A stretch of DNA of 64,000 bases from Dehalococcoidia bacterium. GTDB taxonomy: Bacteria; Chloroflexota; Dehalococcoidia; Lucifugimonadales; UBA3495. The DNA is taken from NCBI GenBank assembly GCA_965222895.1, contig CBDCVB010000002.1, forward strand, positions 1,349,663 through 1,413,662, read 5' to 3'. Position 1 is the stretch's first letter, and every line of letters begins with the position of its first letter. The position numbers were made by a program, and so were the translations under genes. The notes under the pieces were generated by a model, which saw only the letters and a list, made by a program, of their open reading frames with translations, was not told the origin of the DNA and did not search any database. This document shows positions 59,570 to 64,000 of this stretch, one piece after another.

Positions 59570-60846
59570 GCCTGCTAGTGCTGGGTCTGGACCACCGCAC
59601 AGCGCCGGTGGACGTGCGCGAGCGGTTGAGCGTAGAGCGGGAACAGTTGCCCGACGCGCTGGAACAACTCGCGGCCTACGTGCCACAGTCGGTGATTCTG
59701 TCCACCTGCAACCGCACCGAGATTTACACCTACGACCGGGACGATATTGGCCTCGTGGGGCGCGTCGGCAATTTTCTGATTGGCTATTCGGGGATCGATG
59801 GGCCGGTGCTGGAGCGGCATCTGTATCAGGCTTGGGAAGGCGAGTGTGTGCAGCATCTGTTCCGGGTAGCTGGCGGCCTGGAATCAATGATTGTGGGCGA
59901 GCGGCAGATTTTGGGGCAGGTGCGCGCATCCTTCAGCACGGCCAGCCAAACGGGATCCGTGCAGAGCCCGTTAACCAGGGTGTTCCACAGCGCCCTGCGG
60001 GCCGGCCGACGGGTGCATCGTGAAACCAACATTGGCCGCCACTCGCGGTCGGTGAGTCGGGCCGCCGTGCAGCTGGCCAGGGGGATGTTTGACCGACTGG
60101 ATAACCGTCGGGCGCTGGTCATCGGGGCCGGCGACGCGGGTCGCATGGTGGTCCGGGCGCTGGGCGACGCCGGGGTCAAGGCGATTACCGTTGCCAACCG
60201 CACTCAGTGGCGCGCGGAAGACCTGGCAAAAGAGCTGGGCGGCGTCGCGGTGCCGTTTGAGGGTCTGCAAAGCGCGCTGGCCGACGCCGATTTGGTAATC
60301 AGCAGCACGGGTTCGCCCGGTTACGTGGTGGATGCCGGGATGGTGTCCGAAGCCGTGCGCAACCGCGCCGCATCAGATCCGTTGATGCTAATTGACATTG
60401 CCGTTCCCCGCGATGTCGATCCGGCGGTGGCGGAGCTGGATGGCGTGCGGCTGTACGACATTGACGCGCTGGGGCAGGTCGCAGAAACCGCGCTGGACAG
60501 TCTGGACGCCGAGGTAAGCGCCGCGACCGGAATCATCGACGAGGAATGGACCCGGTTCGTCGAACGGTGGAATTCGTCCGACACGCTGGAACTGGTTGCG
60601 GCGATGCGTCAGCGCGCGGAGGAAGTGCGCCGGCTGGAAGTGGAGCGAACGCTCAAACAGCTGGGCGCCGATGCAGATGGAGCAACAGCGGAACGGCTGC
60701 ACGCCATGACTGCTGCGTTGGTCAAGAAGTTGCTGCATCAGCCGACGGTTGGGCTGCGCACCGGCGACAGTGCTTCGGTGTTTCCGGTGGCCAAACAACT
60801 CTTCGACTCTGACGCCAAACCCGGCCGGGGCCGTGGTCGCCGGTAA
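59566..60846 (+). CDS. hemA: glutamyl-tRNA reductase
   Basis: LSLLVLGLDHRTAPVDVRERL..ILSTCNRTEIY..GLESMIVGERQILGQVR..VIGAGDAGRMV... TTG 59566 overlaps the sirC stop (TTGA), with GGAGG upstream. Confidence 0.9.
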   Translation: MSLLVLGLDHRTAPVDVRERLSVEREQLPDALEQLAAYVPQSVILSTCNRTEIYTYDRDDIGLVGRVGNFLIGYSGIDGPVLERHLYQAWEGECVQHLFRVAGGLESMIVGERQILGQVRASFSTASQTGSVQSPLTRVFHSALRAGRRVHRETNIGRHSRSVSRAAVQLARGMFDRLDNRRALVIGAGDAGRMVVRALGDAGVKAITVANRTQWRAEDLAKELGGVAVPFEGLQSALADADLVISSTGSPGYVVDAGMVSEAVRNRAASDPLMLIDIAVPRDVDPAVAELDGVRLYDIDALGQVAETALDSLDAEVSAATGIIDEEWTRFVERWNSSDTLELVAAMRQRAEEVRRLEVERTLKQLGADADGATAERLHAMTAALVKKLLHQPTVGLRTGDSASVFPVAKQLFDSDAKPGRGRGRR

Positions 60847-60859
60847 CGGGCCGCGCGCC

Positions 60860-61774
60860 GTGGTGCGGGTGGGCACCAGGGGTAGCCGGCTGGCCCTGAT
60901 CCAGACTGAATTGACGCTGGCTATCCTGCAGGCAGCGTTCCCGGACGTGTCCTTTGAGGTTGTAACGGTTACAACCCAGGGCGACGCCAATCAGACGGCG
61001 CCGTTGGCCGGCATGGGCCTGGGTGTGTTCGTCAAAGAGATTGAGCGCCGCCTGGAAGATGGCGATATCGACATGGCGGTGCACAGCCTGAAGGATATGC
61101 CCACCGTGTTGCCGGCGGGGATGACTATCGGGGCGGTGCTAGAGCGGGCCGACCCTCGGGATGTGCTGGTTACGCACCTGGGCATGGGTCTGGCGGATTA
61201 TCCGTCGGGGGGATTGATTGGAACCAGCAGTCCCCGGCGCGTGGCCCAGATTGCCGGCAGCCGTCCCGACGTTGCCATTGTGCCGATTCGCGGCAACGTG
61301 GAGACTCGGCTCCGCAAAGCCGGCGGCGAGGAGTGTGACGGAACGGTAGTGGCCGCCGCCGGGTTGCTCCGTTTGGGAATGGCTGACGTAATCACCGAGT
61401 ACCTGCCGCCGCAGGAATTTGTCCCGCCGCCAGGCCAGGGTGCGATGGCAGTGGAGATTCGCACGGACGACGACTGGATGCGCGAGGTGGTGTCCTCGGC
61501 GCACCACCAGGCTACGGGTGCGGCGGTTAGTGCCGAGCGGTCGTTTCTGGAGGCGTTGGGCGGGGGATGTCAGGTGCCGGTGGGCGCTTATGCCGATACG
61601 GTCGGCGCCGATGCTGCGCGGTTGGAGCTGAACGTGTTCCTGGCATCGCCCGACGGCGGCCGGGCTTACCGCGCCACCGTCAGTGGCGCCACGGTTGATC
61701 CGTCCGACCTGGCAGCGGCGGCGTGGGAGCAGCTGCGGCAGCAGGGTGCCGACACGCTCCTGACCAGCGTCTAG
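60860..61774 (+). CDS. hemC: hydroxymethylbilane synthase (porphobilinogen deaminase)
   Basis: VVRVGTRGSRLALIQTE..VTTQGD..GVFVKEIERRLEDGDIDMAVHSLKDMPT..GTSSPRR..IRGNVETRL... The probable start is GTG 60860. Confidence 0.9.
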   Translation: MVRVGTRGSRLALIQTELTLAILQAAFPDVSFEVVTVTTQGDANQTAPLAGMGLGVFVKEIERRLEDGDIDMAVHSLKDMPTVLPAGMTIGAVLERADPRDVLVTHLGMGLADYPSGGLIGTSSPRRVAQIAGSRPDVAIVPIRGNVETRLRKAGGEECDGTVVAAAGLLRLGMADVITEYLPPQEFVPPPGQGAMAVEIRTDDDWMREVVSSAHHQATGAAVSAERSFLEALGGGCQVPVGAYADTVGADAARLELNVFLASPDGGRAYRATVSGATVDPSDLAAAAWEQLRQQGADTLLTSV

Positions 61775-61799
61775 TGTACGCCGAGTCGAGCGTCGGGCA

Positions 61800-63335
61800 A
61801 TGAGCGCGTCAACGGGCAAGGTTTACCTGGTGGGAGCCGGGCCGGGGGATCCGGGTTTGCTCACGGTGAAGGGCGCGCGAGCGCTCGCCGCCGCCGATGT
61901 GGTCGTGTACGACCGACTGCTGGATCCATCGTTGTTGACGTTGACCGGAGAGACGGCCCGCAGCATCTTCGTTGGCAAGGAGCGGGGACGGCAGGCGCTG
62001 TCGCAGGGTGAGATTAACGACCTGCTGGTGTCGGAAGGCTTGGCCGGCAATTGCGTGGTGCGGCTGAAAGGTGGGGATCCGTTTGTGTTTGGGCGCGGCG
62101 GTGAGGAGGCTTTGGCGTTGGCCGAGGCCGGGGTGCCTTTTGAGGTGGTGCCGGGAGTTACTTCGGCTATTGCGGCGGCAGCCTACGCCGGTATCCCGGT
62201 AACGCACCGCGGTGTCTCCACGGCGGTAACCATCGTTACGGGCAGCGAAGACCCCACCAAGGGTGAAACGTCCACGCCGTGGCCGGCGTTGGCCAGAGCT
62301 GGCGGCACGCTGGTAGTGCTGATGGGTTGGGCAACCCTCCCCGGCATTGTCACGACGCTGCAGGATAACGGCATGGCCGCCGACACACCGGTGGCGCTGG
62401 TGCAGTGGGGCACGTGGAGTCGGCAGCGCACGGTGTCGGGCACGCTGGCCGACATTGCGAAACGCGGCAAAGCGGCCGGCATCGGGTCCCCGGTGGTGGC
62501 AATCATCGGTGCGGTGGCCGCGCTGCGCGACGACATCGCCTGGTTCGACCGGAGGCCGTTGTGGGGCAAGCGCGTGCTGGTAACGCGGTCGCGCACCCAG
62601 GCATCGCATCTTATTGAGTTGCTGGTTGATTTGGGCGCGGAGCCGATTGAATTGCCGTCCATCGAGATTGGCCCGCTGGACGACTATGACGAGCTGGATG
62701 GGGTGTTGACTGATACGGCCGGCGTGAAGGGTCGCTGGATTATTTTCGCGAGCGCCAATGCCGTCGAATACGTGTGGGCGCGGTTGCAGGCTATGGGGCA
62801 TGACGCCCGTTACTTCGCCGGCGCCACGATAGCCGCCATTGGGCCAGCGACTTCGGATGCGCTGGTCAGGCGTGGCATACAGCCCGATTTCGTTCCGCAA
62901 CGGTCGGTGTCGGCAGAGGTTATTGCCGAGCTGGAGGGTCGGGACTGGAACGGCCGTCTGGCGCTGCTGCCGGGGTCTGCGATTGGCCGAGATGAGTTGG
63001 CCAGCGGGTTGGCGAGGCTGGGCGCGAACGTCCGCAGGGTCGCCGCCTACCGGAACGTGCGCCCCGAGGGTATTGCAGCTCAGGCCCTTGAGACGCTGCA
63101 AAAAGGGGTCGATGTGGTAACCTTCACGAGTTCGTCTACGGTGCGCAACCTGCTGGAAATACTGGGCGAACAGCGCGATTTGCTGCGCGGCAGCGTAACG
63201 GCGTGTATCGGGCCGATTACCGCCGCCACCGCCGCCGAGAGTGGGTTGCAGGTTGACATAATCGCCAATACGCACAATGTGCAAGGGCTGGCCGACGCGC
63301 TGGTCAGCCACTTTGCCGATGGCCGCGACGTTTAG
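61800..63335 (+). CDS. cobA/hemD: uroporphyrinogen-III C-methyltransferase fused to uroporphyrinogen-III synthase
   Basis: The N-terminal half reads GKVYLVGAGPGDPGLLTVKGARALAAADVVVYDRL..LKGGDPFVFGRGGEE.., the SUMT pattern. The C-terminal 250 or so aa read ..GKRVLVTRSRTQAS..ANAV..VTFTSSSTV.., the HemD pattern. Confidence 0.9.
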   Translation: MSASTGKVYLVGAGPGDPGLLTVKGARALAAADVVVYDRLLDPSLLTLTGETARSIFVGKERGRQALSQGEINDLLVSEGLAGNCVVRLKGGDPFVFGRGGEEALALAEAGVPFEVVPGVTSAIAAAAYAGIPVTHRGVSTAVTIVTGSEDPTKGETSTPWPALARAGGTLVVLMGWATLPGIVTTLQDNGMAADTPVALVQWGTWSRQRTVSGTLADIAKRGKAAGIGSPVVAIIGAVAALRDDIAWFDRRPLWGKRVLVTRSRTQASHLIELLVDLGAEPIELPSIEIGPLDDYDELDGVLTDTAGVKGRWIIFASANAVEYVWARLQAMGHDARYFAGATIAAIGPATSDALVRRGIQPDFVPQRSVSAEVIAELEGRDWNGRLALLPGSAIGRDELASGLARLGANVRRVAAYRNVRPEGIAAQALETLQKGVDVVTFTSSSTVRNLLEILGEQRDLLRGSVTACIGPITAATAAESGLQVDIIANTHNVQGLADALVSHFADGRDV

Positions 63336-63360
63336 TCGCCGATGACGAGGAGGCTTCACC

Positions 63361-64000
63361 ATGCTGAAACACCCTGATTTGCGCTTGCGACGAGTGCGTG
63401 AAAAGGCGTCGGTACGCGATCTGGTGCGTGAGACGCGGATGAGCGCCGCCAACTTCATCTACCCGATGTTCGTTACCCACGGCGAGAATGTTCGGCAGGA
63501 GATTGAGCCGATGCCCGGGTGCTATCACACGTCCGTCGACCGGCTGAGCGAAGAGATTGATGAGGTGGTGGAACTGGGAATACCGTCGGTGTTGCTCTTC
63601 GGTTTGCCGCCGGACAAGGACGCGGTGGGCAGCGGGGCCTACGACCCGGAGGGCATTATTCAGGAAGCAACGCGCGCCATCAAGCAGCGCGCGCCGGGAC
63701 TGATGGTCATTGGCGACGTGTGCCTGTGCGAATACACCGACCACGGCCATTGCGGCGTCATCGACAACGGCAAGGTGGACAACGACGCCACGCTGGAGCT
63801 GTTGGCGCGCTCGGCGTTAACGCAGGTGCAGGCTGGCGCCGACATGGTGGCTCCGTCGTCGATGATGGACGGGCAGGTGCGTGCCATACGGGAAACGCTG
63901 GACGCACACGGCTACTATGACACGCCGATAATGGGGTATGCTGCCAAGTACGCCTCGTCGTTCTACGGGCCGTTTCGCATCGCCGCCGACTCCACGCCGC
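63361..64000 (+). CDS. hemB: porphobilinogen synthase (5-aminolevulinate dehydratase), 5' part, runs off the window end
   Basis: My own translation from ATG 63361 (GAGGAGG upstream) gives MLKHPDLRLRRVREKASVRDLVRETRMSAANFIYPMFV..GDVCLCEYTDHGHCGVID..MVAPSSMMDGQV..YAAKYASSFYGPFR. This includes the Cys-rich Zn site. The gene is not in the ORF track because it has no stop. Confidence 0.9.
   Translation, partial: MLKHPDLRLRRVREKASVRDLVRETRMSAANFIYPMFVTHGENVRQEIEPMPGCYHTSVDRLSEEIDEVVELGIPSVLLFGLPPDKDAVGSGAYDPEGIIQEATRAIKQRAPGLMVIGDVCLCEYTDHGHCGVIDNGKVDNDATLELLARSALTQVQAGADMVAPSSMMDGQVRAIRETLDAHGYYDTPIMGYAAKYASSFYGPFRIAADSTP

Noticed and set aside
61809-63458. 549-aa minus-strand ORF
   Set aside because: It is antisense to the cobA-hemD fusion gene, which carries clear SUMT and HemD motifs.

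Overview
High-GC bacterial chromosomal segment. The gene content and repeat style suggest a Chloroflexota-like organism, but that is inference only. All calls come from reading the supplied ORF translations and the nucleotide sequence; no database search was run.

Layout:
- 1-3.4 kb: a graveyard of insertion sequences. It holds a frameshifted IS630-type gene, an intact IS5-family element with perfect inverted repeats, and further IS remnants.
- 3.8-5.8 kb: groES-groEL.
- 6-12 kb: orphan genes, an amidohydrolase pseudogene and two MFS transporters.
- 12.5-16.2 kb: a luciferase-like oxidoreductase, ThuA and an alkaline-phosphatase-family enzyme.
- 16.2-29.4 kb: a long, tightly packed minus-strand hopanoid operon (polyprenyl synthase, hpnH, hpnG, hpnA, shc, yjbQ-like, hpnC, hpnD, hpnE). 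It runs without a break into a class II aldolase, an SDR, a nucleoside hydrolase and a phosphodiesterase.
- 29.6-30.8 kb: an ISAs1-family element with a 12-bp target duplication.
- 30.9-46 kb: M20 peptidase, moaD-moaE, rimM-KH-rpsP, fmt, cyclase, htpX, an enolase-superfamily enzyme, an MqnA-like protein, an NHL/DUF1501/DUF1800 operon, RidA and a second LLM oxidoreductase.
- 46.3-50.5 kb, the most unusual part: a PD-(D/E)xK/DUF4268 gene, then a diverged tandem duplication of a module made of a retropepsin-like protease plus an unknown protein, then a gene with an in-frame UGA in a U-G-S-C motif (probable selenoprotein).
- 50.6-56.8 kb: tgt, a TauE/SafE exporter, an amber-interrupted NYN gene, aroB-aroK, a VOC protein and pcm.
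- 57-64 kb: a siroheme / alternative-heme cluster (MerR, fused ahbA/B, sirC, hemA, hemC, cobA-hemD, hemB).

A MITE-like repeat occurs at three sites. No tRNA, rRNA or CRISPR array was seen.
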